Made by a program: the position numbers and the translations under genes. The notes under the pieces were generated by a model that did not search any database, was not told the origin of the DNA, and was given only the letters and a program-made list of their open reading frames with translations. From Thermoproteota archaeon (lineage in GTDB: Archaea; Korarchaeota; Korarchaeia; Korarchaeales; JAOZGB01), in contig JAVCBU010000003.1 of the NCBI GenBank assembly GCA_037917685.1, forward strand, positions 144,264 through 208,263: a stretch of DNA of 64,000 bases. The letters run 5' to 3'. Positions 27,300 to 36,397 of the stretch are shown one piece after another. How positions within the stretch are numbered: the first letter of the stretch is position 1; every line of letters starts with the position of its first letter.

Positions 27300-28316
27300 A
27301 TGCGTGTAAGCAAAGTACTAATACTGTTTCTTATGTTCCTAGTCCTAGCAGCCTTCATATTAGTAACCTGGAGAAAGAGGAGTAAAGGCATATCAGAGAA
27401 TCTAGCAGGCAAGGTACTCTGTAACATTGTCTATAATACTGTGGACGGTGTAAATCTGAGGCTGGACATATATTACCCTGAAGATATTGGAAGCCAGCCT
27501 CTGCCAGCCGTTGTCTATGTACATGGAGGGGCATGGGTCTCAGGAAGCAAGGAGGGGGGTTCCGGGATGCGTGACCTCCACGCTCTTGTGGAGAACGGCT
27601 TTATAGGAGTATCCGTAGATTACAGGCTTGCTCCTGAATATGGGTTTCCAGCCCAGATAGAAGATGTTAAATGTGCGATAAGATTTCTAAGGGAGAATGC
27701 TGAGAAATACCATGTTGACCCGGATAGGATAGGTATCATGGGTACAAGCGCCGGGGGGCACCTTGCAGCGCTCGCCGGGCTCGCTGACGAGTCCTGCGGC
27801 TTTGATGTTGGGCCTTACCTGGAGCAGTCGAGCAGAGTACAGGCTGTAGTTGACATGTTCGGCCCAGCAGATCTCACAGTGGTGCCAGAGGACAAGAGGG
27901 AGCTGATAATAGGGGTTTTCAAATCCGTAGACCCGGAGACGCTTGCCTGGGCCAGCCCTATCACCTACATTTCACCGGATGACCCCCCATTCCTGATAAT
28001 CCACGGGGAAAACGACCGTGTGGTCGATGTTAACCAGTCAATCAGGCTTTATGAAGCTTTAAGACAGGCAGGCGTGGAGGTAACTCTGGTCATCGTCAAA
28101 AAAGCCGGACACGGTCTCAAGCCCTCAGGTGGAACCCCAGAACCAAGTCGTAGCGAGGTAACAGCTTTAATAGTTAAATTCTTCGCTGAAAAACTTAGCC
28201 TCCGACATAGATCACAACTATACTCGATTTTCGGCAGCCTTCACCCAGTGAAAGTATTGAATGCCCAATTTAATCTGTGCGAGACGCCTGTAAAGCGGTA
28301 TGCAATGATACCTTAG
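27300..28316 (+). CDS. membrane-anchored alpha/beta hydrolase (HSL-type esterase/lipase)
   Basis: [11 protein letters not shown] oxyanion motif, nucleophile elbow [18 protein letters not shown] prefer ATG 27300 ([19 protein letters not shown]) over the ORF-track start 27168, because TTTAAATATTT lies about 25 nt upstream of 27300. Confidence 0.8.
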   Translation: MRVSKVLILFLMFLVLAAFILVTWRKRSKGISENLAGKVLCNIVYNTVDGVNLRLDIYYPEDIGSQPLPAVVYVHGGAWVSGSKEGGSGMRDLHALVENGFIGVSVDYRLAPEYGFPAQIEDVKCAIRFLRENAEKYHVDPDRIGIMGTSAGGHLAALAGLADESCGFDVGPYLEQSSRVQAVVDMFGPADLTVVPEDKRELIIGVFKSVDPETLAWASPITYISPDDPPFLIIHGENDRVVDVNQSIRLYEALRQAGVEVTLVIVKKAGHGLKPSGGTPEPSRSEVTALIVKFFAEKLSLRHRSQLYSIFGSLHPVKVLNAQFNLCETPVKRYAMIP

Positions 28317-28820
28317 AGCTGAACAAGCATATTTCAGATCCTGGCTTGTGTGCCATCATACGCTCTTGAATAGGCCCTATAACAGCATCCCTACAGGTGG
28401 ACAGTTCTCCAAGGGTCTCCCTTTCTGGGAGAATGCATCCCTCTACCTCCAAGTATACGGTTACATCACCGATCAGCTTAGCATATTTTCCTCTCACTGC
28501 TAACGATATTTCTTTTGGTTCTTCAAATTGTTCATACCCTATTTTCTCAGCGAACTCCCTGTTAAAGTAGCTTCTGTAAAGCTTATATTCTTTTTTACGC
28601 GTCCCCGAAACGTCTCTAACGGTAAGCGAGAATGGAACCTCAAAAAACTTTCTTAAAGCATCATCCTTAATAGTTTCTATGTCCCGAAGAAATCAGGTAT
28701 CTCTACATCAACTCCTTCGAGCTTAAACGCTACCATTTCTCGATCTATCTTAGATTTCAACCCTCTCCAAGCTGAAAGTAGGACATTAGGGTTTATAACG
28801 ACAAGCTTTATGCAGATATA
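28270..28820 (-). pseudogene. frameshifted ORF of unknown function
   Basis: Two overlapping frames. Frame 28677-28820 encodes ..KLVVINPNVLLSAWRGLKSKIDREMVAFKLEGVDVEIPDFFGT* and has no start codon. Frame 28270-28692 encodes FLRDIETIKDDALRKFF...YLEVEGCILPERE... The shift lies within 28677-28692. Confidence 0.35.
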
Positions 28821-28864
28821 ACAACAAGTTTTAAATATGACATATAGTTACTGTTATCGATGAT

Positions 28865-30592
28865 ATGAACCCTGAATGCTTTTTACGTGTCCTCCCCCTG
28901 TTCCTAGCCATGCTGATCCTGTATACACCTGCTTACACGGTTGTTTCCCCTCCAAGCCTGCTTGTTTTGGCAAATTCGGTCGACTACAGCCTTGCTGGGG
29001 GCTTGTTCGACTACCTCGAGGCTGAGGGAGTTAACTATACCCTGATCCAGCTCCCTGGGGACGAGTTGAACCCTGAATGCTTGGATGAGGACATGGCAAG
29101 ATTTGACGAGGTTAAGGCGGGCTACAGAGTGATCCTGATACTCGGGGGCCACAAAGCATACGGGTGTGTCGGGTTTATAGTTGGTGGCATTCTGAATGAG
29201 AGTGAGAAGCGAACACTGGAGCGGGAGGGAAGCGTCGCCGTTTTCGTCAAGAGGGACGTCTGGGCTGAGGGGCAGACCGTGCTTGTAGCCGCGGGTAACA
29301 CTAGAAATGAGACGTGCGAGGCCCACCTTTACTGCAGAGAGATGGTCAGGGACATAGTTAAGTATACGTTGCTGTACGTGATACCCCATGACCTTGACGG
29401 ATACCCTGATCCATACAGTGTCTGGGAGCCCCCTGGCTCAGACTTCAATAATGTAACGGTGCCTGGTGGGTACTCTTCAAGGGTATGGCTTATAGAGGGC
29501 GAAACCTTCGTAGTTGCAGCAGTATTGGACATGGGAACAGAAGACAAGGCTATAGGTGCGTACAGGAATCTCTCCAGAGGCCACAACGAGACCTCAATAG
29601 ACATCGGAGAAGAGGGATTCTACGACGAGGAGAACAGCAGCCTCGGAACGGTAGGCTTCAGACTCGTAGGATTCAGAAGAGGGAGATGCGTGGCGATAGT
29701 CGGCGGAGGAATACTCAGCAACACCTCAACTCCACCTTCAAGAAGCCTACTGACAGACCTAGCACGGAGAATCGACGACGAGCTTCAACACAACATACGA
29801 TGTGTATTCGAAGGTGACATAGCCCTAATCCTATCAGTCCAAGCCGTGCCCCCAGTGAGACATGGCGGAGGCGAGCTACAGGCTCCGATAGGCGCGCCTG
29901 TCAAGGTTACGTCGAAAACAATAAAGGTGAATATGATAGGTGCTGGCGCGAACCAGGGGAAAAGATACGTCGGCTACATAAAGCTAAGATTCAACGTATC
30001 AGAGATCGGACGGGCCATGGAGTGTCCCGAGGGATGCCCTTACCTTGAGGTAAGGGTTTACATCATGGAGATCCACATAGACAAGAAGGCCGACGATGGA
30101 GACGACAGGCTATTCAGAGACGGTTGCGACCCCATGATAGGCGGGACAATAAACCTCTACTTCAAATGCCACGGCGAGTTACTTGAAGCGAAGCAGCTAA
30201 GGTTCGTGACAGCGCAACTCAGGGGGTTAGACGGCAAGGGACACACAATAACCGAATTCTATAACGGGAGAACCATGTACTCAATCCGAAAATACATCAA
30301 TAAAACCACCGGATGCGCTGATGAGATAACTGTCACATGCGACCTCCTTCTGAGAGACAGTGACGACGGCGATCTAGCCGACATCCTAAACGTTATAGTC
30401 AGCCTTGCTTTGAAGAAGGCAGGCGCAGGAAAGGCTGCTGGAGCCGTCCCAAAGCAAATAAATACACTGAAGAAAAAGGGCAGGGACACAACTGGGCCTA
30501 AGCCGTTCCAAATACTCAGAAGTATAAGTGGGAACGACGTGGGGGAAGCCCACCTAGAGCAACCAACAAAAATATATCCTCCAGAGGAGTAG
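28865..30592 (+). CDS. secreted/anchored hypothetical protein with an N-terminal CWB2-like module
   Basis: 575 aa. Signal/anchor LRVLPLFLAMLILYTPAYT. N-terminal LLVLANSVDYSLAGGLFDYL..VILILGGHKAYG..VLVAAGNTRNETCEAHLY. Several NxS/T sites, Asp-rich stretches and a Lys/Gly/Ala tail. Confidence 0.5.
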   Translation: MNPECFLRVLPLFLAMLILYTPAYTVVSPPSLLVLANSVDYSLAGGLFDYLEAEGVNYTLIQLPGDELNPECLDEDMARFDEVKAGYRVILILGGHKAYGCVGFIVGGILNESEKRTLEREGSVAVFVKRDVWAEGQTVLVAAGNTRNETCEAHLYCREMVRDIVKYTLLYVIPHDLDGYPDPYSVWEPPGSDFNNVTVPGGYSSRVWLIEGETFVVAAVLDMGTEDKAIGAYRNLSRGHNETSIDIGEEGFYDEENSSLGTVGFRLVGFRRGRCVAIVGGGILSNTSTPPSRSLLTDLARRIDDELQHNIRCVFEGDIALILSVQAVPPVRHGGGELQAPIGAPVKVTSKTIKVNMIGAGANQGKRYVGYIKLRFNVSEIGRAMECPEGCPYLEVRVYIMEIHIDKKADDGDDRLFRDGCDPMIGGTINLYFKCHGELLEAKQLRFVTAQLRGLDGKGHTITEFYNGRTMYSIRKYINKTTGCADEITVTCDLLLRDSDDGDLADILNVIVSLALKKAGAGKAAGAVPKQINTLKKKGRDTTGPKPFQILRSISGNDVGEAHLEQPTKIYPPEE

Positions 30593-30879
30593 GCATAGAT
30601 CCAAACCATGCCCTACTCCCATTTTCTTTTACCTAACATGAAGAGAATAACATAAAAGCCCCGTATAGAACGCAGATGGCCTTGCAGAGCCGACTGTGTT
30701 CTCTATTACTTGGTTAGTTGGCCTTCCTGTAACACTCCTCGTGTATTATTTTAGCCAGTTCATCCGGGTTCTGGGTGAAGTAGTATGCTCTAGGCTGTGA
30801 GGAGCTGTATATCTCCATAACCCCGACCTTAAGCTCCCAGAGAGACATGTTCACACCACTCCTCACCACGAGAGCCTAT

Positions 30880-31197
30880 CAAGATCTACGACGTCAGTGA
30901 CTGGCAGGGGGTCAATGGGATGCACCACAGACATACTTATATCTACACTGGCCACACCCGTCTTCAAGCAGTTCACGGTCTCTGAGTCTGTTCAGCACCT
31001 CCAAGTATCAATAAAATTTTCCAGCGACAAACCAAAGGTTGCCGAACACAGGTCCCCGCCTACACGGCCCCGCACCTGTGAACCATTATTCCAGAGCCTG
31101 GGTTTTGAATCTGAGCTCCGGACATCCTCTCGACCCAACAATTCTCAGTGATGGTTAATTTATCAACAGCGAGATATAGGTGTGGATTTCCCGGTGC
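30880..31197 (-). pseudogene. radical-SAM/SPASM-domain gene relic (C-terminal part only, several frameshifts)
   Basis: Minus-strand pieces in different frames: ..VGGDLCSATFGLSLENFIDTWRC*, then LNRLRDRELLEDGCGQCRYKYVCG.. (CX2CX5C at 30928-30957, with the fourth Cys position disrupted). It starts immediately after the stop of the A2M-like gene. Confidence 0.5.
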
Positions 31198-34100
31198 TTA
31201 CTGTGTCACCAGTATTGTTTGTGAACTGGTTTGATATCTGTTCTCCGGGTTATAATAGTCCTGTACACTTGCCGGCGGCACTGTTGCCTTGAGAGGGTAC
31301 TTGGCTTGGATTTTAAACTGGAATGTAAACGTTACACCTGGCTTTATAGCCCCTGTTAGGAAGTCTATCCTTGTGGGGCTATGTACTTCGTATCTTTCGA
31401 GGTATGGGGATGTGCTTATAGCCTCTTCGAGTGAGGTAATGTTTACTGTGAAGCCTGGTGGGAGGCCTATTGTTATGAACAGCATGTTTATGGTTGGGAG
31501 TTGGCCTGTGATGCTTGGTATTCCGAGGTATGCCACGTAAACCTTTACCGTTACAGTTCCGCCCTGGCTTATCATGGTGCTGTCAAGCTCCCTCCTAATG
31601 ATGAGAGGCTTGTCTGAGACTGTTATTCCAACAGGGTTCCCAACCGCTACAGGTCTTCCTTCTATGAGCGCCGCCGGCCCTGGGAAAATGTAGTCTCCTG
31701 GTATCAGGCCTGTAGCCTCGTATTCTATGACAGCCGTGCCTCCAGGCTCAACTGTGACATGGAAGGTTAAGACACCCTTGTCCAGCTGGCTGGGCGAGGT
31801 GTTTGATATGAAGCCTGCTGGTAGGGGGTCTCTTATCCGGAGTGTTAGAGTTCTATGCTCCCGGTTTGTCACGGTTAGCCTGACCTTTACGGGGACTCCT
31901 ACCATTGTTACGGGTATGCCTGCGATGGTTTCAACATGCTTCTCCACCGTTATCCTCCTTTCAACGCCTTCCCCAGCTATGCTTACCATGGCTGGGTTCG
32001 CCTCAGCCTTCAGGTTTCCCCCGTATCTCCCCTGGTACAGGAGCATGTACTCCACGGTGGGGTTGATGGTGTAGGTTCCCTCCTCCTCCGCCTTGAAGTA
32101 TAGGGTGACGGTTTCAGGCTCTCTTAGCTCTGTGATGTACCTTGTCCCACCCCCGAGAACCTGCAGGCCCATTGGGGGCCTAACTGTGACCCTCACCATC
32201 ACAGGGGTGAGGTCTCCTCCCGGAGGGGTGACGGTAACGTTTAACTGGAATATTTCCCCCCTTCTAGCCCTCTGGTTCAGCGGGGTTGCTAAGCATGTGA
32301 CGTTGTCTCGCAGCCACTGCCTTACGACAAGCTGGTACATGAATAGGCCTTTCCCCGTAAGCCTGATGGTTACATTGTTCATGCCTGTCCGTAGCCATGC
32401 TGCTATGGGGAATATTCTCTCAACGTCTGAGGTTTCGGGTGTTACATGTTCGCTGTACGCTAGGAGCCCGTTTACTGTTATGGTTATGGTTGCGTCTGCT
32501 TCAGCTACCCCCTTCCTCTCTGCAATCCTTACTAGGAGCTCTAGGAAGCCGCATGTGTCGCTTGTGGTTCTTATCCATCCTCCTGGGGATCTGTGCTTAA
32601 CAAGCCAGTCCACTATTTTCCTAACCATGTCATGGTGTCCTCCAGCCATTACTAGGGCTATCCCGGCGTAGGCCGTGTTTTCGGTGTCGCCCGCGAAGCT
32701 GCTGCCCTTAGGAAAGTGTATTCCATATTCGTCTTCGACGGCGAGGCTTAGAAGGCTGCTTACAGCCTTCTCCAGCGCCTGGTCGCCCTCCGGGACGTCT
32801 GCAAGCTTGAAGCATACTATCGAAAGTGCTAGGCCATACGAGTCTTCAATCCTGTCATGTAGAACTCTACTTCTAAGGTAGTTCAGTGCTTTCGCAACCT
32901 TTGGGTTTTCAGGTGGCACCCCCGACCTCAGTAAGCCCCTGAGTACGAAGCCTGTCATCACGAACTCGTCAGGCTTATAGGAGCCGTGCCCGTAGAACCC
33001 TACTGGCGGGAAGCTTCCATCCTGGTTCTGCTGCTCCATTATCCATGCCTGAAGCCTTTCTACAACCCTGTCGTCAATGTCAAACCCGGCCTTTTCGGCT
33101 TCCCCAAACGTGTTCAGGATCCAAGCAGACATTCCAAGGTTGTCCTCGTCCGTTGCATACCAGCCCATGCCCCCCGACGGGTGCTGCCTCGAAACAAGGG
33201 TTTGGAGGCCTGTCTGAGCGTAGGCTTCCAGTTTAGCCCTTAACTCCGGTGTTAGCTTTCCCTCCCTGTCAAGGTAGTTTAGGATGAGGATGTCAGGTAT
33301 GAGCCTTGAAGAAACCTGCTCGTTGCACCCTCCGGGGAATCCTATGAGGGCTTCTAGGCCGCCGATGAACATCGACTCGTAGCCTGGGGATATTCTTACA
33401 AAGGCTTCCGTGGCATTTCTAATTGCTTTTGGATGAACGAGGAAGGCTTCTGAGACATCTGATTTTAGATCCCCGTTCCTATTGATCTCCATGGGGAGGC
33501 CGTTAGGCTCGACTTTAACCTGCCTTCTAACCGCGTCCAACCTGTCAGCCGCCTCAGCATAGACTGTCAAGTAGTGTAGGCCGGGCTCTAACGCCTTAAT
33601 CCTCCAGTAGACACCCATCACAGAGTTGGCGGGAACGGTAACCCGCTTCCCCCCATCATCCAATAGTCTAAACCATTTTTCAGGCTTAATTCTCAGTGTA
33701 GCATTTAGCTCCCTTCCTGCATAGTTGTATACAGCTACCCTTAGGGATATCTCATCGTCCTGGGTAAGCCTAAGCGGGATGTCCGGTTCCACGAAGAAGT
33801 CCTTGAAAACCCTTATGGATCCCTGCCCGACGGCTATCCTCCCATCCTTTGTCGATGCTATGGCCTTCACACTCCAGGTGGTGATCGTATGTGCCATCAC
33901 CAGGTTTACCTCTGCATGCCCGGATACCGGGAGGGAGGGGCTCCAGAACAGTGTTTCAGGGAAGAACCATCTAACCTCCTGGGCTGCTGATCCAGCTTCC
34001 CGGCTGCTCGCCTCCTCATATACTTCCTGGTCCCCACCAGCTACCTCTGGAGCCACCCCCTTCCTAACAAACTCAGGACCCATCATGACCGGCCTTGGAA

Positions 34101-36285
34101 CCCCCCATCTCTCGACAAGTATGCCTCCCCGAGGTCTAAATATTATGGTGTAGAGCACCATTGCTGAGGGCAGTGCTATCGGTACTTGTAGGAGCAGGCC
34201 TATGGCGACGAGAACCTTTCCCCGGCTCTTCCTCCCGGTCAGTAAGTAGTATAGCCCTGCAAGTAGTGCAATCGTTGGTGTAGCTGCGACACCTGATATG
34301 CCGGCTAATATCATGGCTGTGTTTATCCTTTTTTGAAGGTTTTCAGCCCTTTGAATCTCCATCTGCAGGCTTGAAAACTCGTTTACGGACTCAAGTTCAT
34401 GTATCTCCCACTGTACTTCCTGATACTCCTCTGAAAGCGTGTAGAAAACCTCTTCGAAGCCCGGCCTCTGCTCTGCCAGGGCGAGGAGCGAGCTGTCCAC
34501 TATGGATATGCAAACTACGCAGTCTCTAACTTCGTTCCCGTCAGCGTCTGAAACCGCTATTCTGATGCGGCAGTCTTCACCCGGCAGGTATTCATCCTTG
34601 TCGGGCTCAACCTCTACCTTCATATCCCTCTTAGGCTGGACGTCAACCTTTAACCAGTCTGCGTAGAACTCCATGTCAGGGCCTATGGCGTAGGCCCTTA
34701 CCAGGACGTAGGGTGCGTAGGTGTCTAATGCTACAATTTTAAACTCTGCAACCCCGTCTTCAAGCCTTTCCGAACCAGTGTATAGTGTTGACTTGTCCAG
34801 TGGGCTTATTACATCCAGGTAAACCCATTTCGAGCTGACATTTAGGCTTGGCTCCTTAACAAGTACCTTTATGTCCATCTCTTCACCCACCTTGTAGGAT
34901 GGCTTGTCGCTTCTAACCCATACTATAAACCTTTCACCCATGGTTTTCGACCTGAAGCTGAAGCTGTACTCCCCATAGTACCCCTGAGCATCAAGGCATC
35001 TGGCTAGGAGCATGATCTCCCCGGTGTCCGGCGGCGCTATAGACAGTGATGCTACCCCGGCCTGGTCTGTTAGGAGGGTGTGCCTGGACAGGAGGCTTCC
35101 GTTCCCGGTGAGCACCTCAACATTTAACGTTGTATTCCCTACAGGTTTACCATCGGGATATCTGACCACGAAGTATATTGGGTAATCTTCTCCGGGCATG
35201 AACTCTTTCTTCAACGTTACAGCTCCAACTATGAATGGTGTGTCACTTATCACAAGCTTCCTGGATGCCGTCTCTACATGTCCTGAGCCGTCGATCACGC
35301 TTGCATTCACCACGATCTCAGCCTTCCCTCTTGAAATGTCCAGGCCTACCAGGTATGATGGTGCATCAAACGTGAAGCTCATAAGGCCTTCCCTGTTTGT
35401 GCTACCATAGTACTGCCACACAGTTGTCCATTCCCCGGTGTATGCCTGCACGCTTAAAGTTACGTTTCCAACTACGGGCTTACCGAAGAAGTATGAAGCG
35501 TTAACCCTTCCATAGATCTTCTCGCCTAGAAGATACCACTTCTTCTGGAATTCAAGCTCAACCTTGAACTTGGGAAGGACGTATTCCCTGATGTTCACAG
35601 TAACTTCCTGTGTATAGTCTCCTATCTCAACCCTAACCCTATATCTACCCTGTTTCAGCTCTTTTGAAAGCGGTATGTTGCAGAAGGCAACGCCATACTC
35701 GTCCGTTTTAAGGAATCGCTTAAATACCCTTACACCGTCGGGGTTTACAAGGCTAACTGTAAGGCTGGTGTTTGGGCAGGCCCTATAATCCCCGTTCGCC
35801 TCCCAGACCAGCGCTCTAAAATGTAGAGTCTGACCCGGCTGGTACCAAGGTTTATCGGTGGTTATAAGAACCCGGAAAGACCTCCGGATCCTAACTGGAA
35901 CCTCAACCCTTCCCTCCATGACACCTGAAGCCTTCACCACAAGCTTGTAGGCACCCGGTTCGATGTTTGGCACCCTAAGTGACGCGTAGAGCGAACCATC
36001 ATCGCCGGTTAAACCTTTAAATACCGGTGCAACCTTTGACCCGTTACTGTTAACAAGGTAAGCCTCCACCCTAGAGCTGACCGGGTTAGAGGCCGCCATG
36101 CTGAATGTCAAAACCTTCACAGATACGTTTCTACCTGGAACCCAGATTTCTGGGGCAACCACGCTTACGCCAGGCTTCAATACAAGCAAAAGCCTTCCAG
36201 TGTTGGACAATAGTAAAACCATGGTGAAAAACACCAATACAGCGAGAATAACCTTCCTTTCCATACAATTCTTCCACCCCTGCAA
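31198..36285 (-). CDS. alpha-2-macroglobulin/thioester-containing-protein family giant surface protein with an internal transmembrane hairpin
   Basis: 1695 aa. N-terminal anchor MERKVILAVLVFFTMVLLL. MG signatures TDKPWYQPGQTLHFRALV, REYVLPKFKVEL and SDKPSYKVGEEMDIKV. RWFFPETLFW, TTWSVKAIAS, FFVEPDIPLRLTQDDEISLRVAVYNY, thioester-type GGCNEQ, and C-terminal beta-sandwich repeats. Two hydrophobic helices at residues 659-682 and 691-716. Confidence 0.85.
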   Translation of the reverse strand: MQGWKNCMERKVILAVLVFFTMVLLLSNTGRLLLVLKPGVSVVAPEIWVPGRNVSVKVLTFSMAASNPVSSRVEAYLVNSNGSKVAPVFKGLTGDDGSLYASLRVPNIEPGAYKLVVKASGVMEGRVEVPVRIRRSFRVLITTDKPWYQPGQTLHFRALVWEANGDYRACPNTSLTVSLVNPDGVRVFKRFLKTDEYGVAFCNIPLSKELKQGRYRVRVEIGDYTQEVTVNIREYVLPKFKVELEFQKKWYLLGEKIYGRVNASYFFGKPVVGNVTLSVQAYTGEWTTVWQYYGSTNREGLMSFTFDAPSYLVGLDISRGKAEIVVNASVIDGSGHVETASRKLVISDTPFIVGAVTLKKEFMPGEDYPIYFVVRYPDGKPVGNTTLNVEVLTGNGSLLSRHTLLTDQAGVASLSIAPPDTGEIMLLARCLDAQGYYGEYSFSFRSKTMGERFIVWVRSDKPSYKVGEEMDIKVLVKEPSLNVSSKWVYLDVISPLDKSTLYTGSERLEDGVAEFKIVALDTYAPYVLVRAYAIGPDMEFYADWLKVDVQPKRDMKVEVEPDKDEYLPGEDCRIRIAVSDADGNEVRDCVVCISIVDSSLLALAEQRPGFEEVFYTLSEEYQEVQWEIHELESVNEFSSLQMEIQRAENLQKRINTAMILAGISGVAATPTIALLAGLYYLLTGRKSRGKVLVAIGLLLQVPIALPSAMVLYTIIFRPRGGILVERWGVPRPVMMGPEFVRKGVAPEVAGGDQEVYEEASSREAGSAAQEVRWFFPETLFWSPSLPVSGHAEVNLVMAHTITTWSVKAIASTKDGRIAVGQGSIRVFKDFFVEPDIPLRLTQDDEISLRVAVYNYAGRELNATLRIKPEKWFRLLDDGGKRVTVPANSVMGVYWRIKALEPGLHYLTVYAEAADRLDAVRRQVKVEPNGLPMEINRNGDLKSDVSEAFLVHPKAIRNATEAFVRISPGYESMFIGGLEALIGFPGGCNEQVSSRLIPDILILNYLDREGKLTPELRAKLEAYAQTGLQTLVSRQHPSGGMGWYATDEDNLGMSAWILNTFGEAEKAGFDIDDRVVERLQAWIMEQQNQDGSFPPVGFYGHGSYKPDEFVMTGFVLRGLLRSGVPPENPKVAKALNYLRSRVLHDRIEDSYGLALSIVCFKLADVPEGDQALEKAVSSLLSLAVEDEYGIHFPKGSSFAGDTENTAYAGIALVMAGGHHDMVRKIVDWLVKHRSPGGWIRTTSDTCGFLELLVRIAERKGVAEADATITITVNGLLAYSEHVTPETSDVERIFPIAAWLRTGMNNVTIRLTGKGLFMYQLVVRQWLRDNVTCLATPLNQRARRGEIFQLNVTVTPPGGDLTPVMVRVTVRPPMGLQVLGGGTRYITELREPETVTLYFKAEEEGTYTINPTVEYMLLYQGRYGGNLKAEANPAMVSIAGEGVERRITVEKHVETIAGIPVTMVGVPVKVRLTVTNREHRTLTLRIRDPLPAGFISNTSPSQLDKGVLTFHVTVEPGGTAVIEYEATGLIPGDYIFPGPAALIEGRPVAVGNPVGITVSDKPLIIRRELDSTMISQGGTVTVKVYVAYLGIPSITGQLPTINMLFITIGLPPGFTVNITSLEEAISTSPYLERYEVHSPTRIDFLTGAIKPGVTFTFQFKIQAKYPLKATVPPASVQDYYNPENRYQTSSQTILVTQ

Positions 36286-36397
36286 ATTGGATTAAAAGTT
36301 ATACTATAACTTCAACAAACGTTAAACCATAACCCCTAAGCCTAAGCTCCCCACAAGAACTACATATTATCCATAGTCTAGCCGTGGGGAAGCAGGA

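Noticed and set aside
30714-30849. Possible small minus-strand ORF (..MEIYSSSQPRAYYFTQNPDELAKIIHEECYRKAN)
   Set aside because: The upstream ATG at 30849 is out of frame; on careful reading it gives MSLLGA*. Only a 34-codon frame from an internal Met remains, with no support.
30897-31151. 84-aa plus-strand ORF
   Set aside because: It lies antisense to the SPASM relic fragments. It is Ser/Pro/Thr-rich with no motifs.
31289-36295. Numerous plus-strand ORFs (60-192 aa) inside the A2M-like gene
   Set aside because: They are antisense shadow ORFs of a long, relatively GC-rich coding region. They are Ser/Pro/Leu/Arg-rich with no motifs, while the minus-strand frame is continuous and motif-rich.
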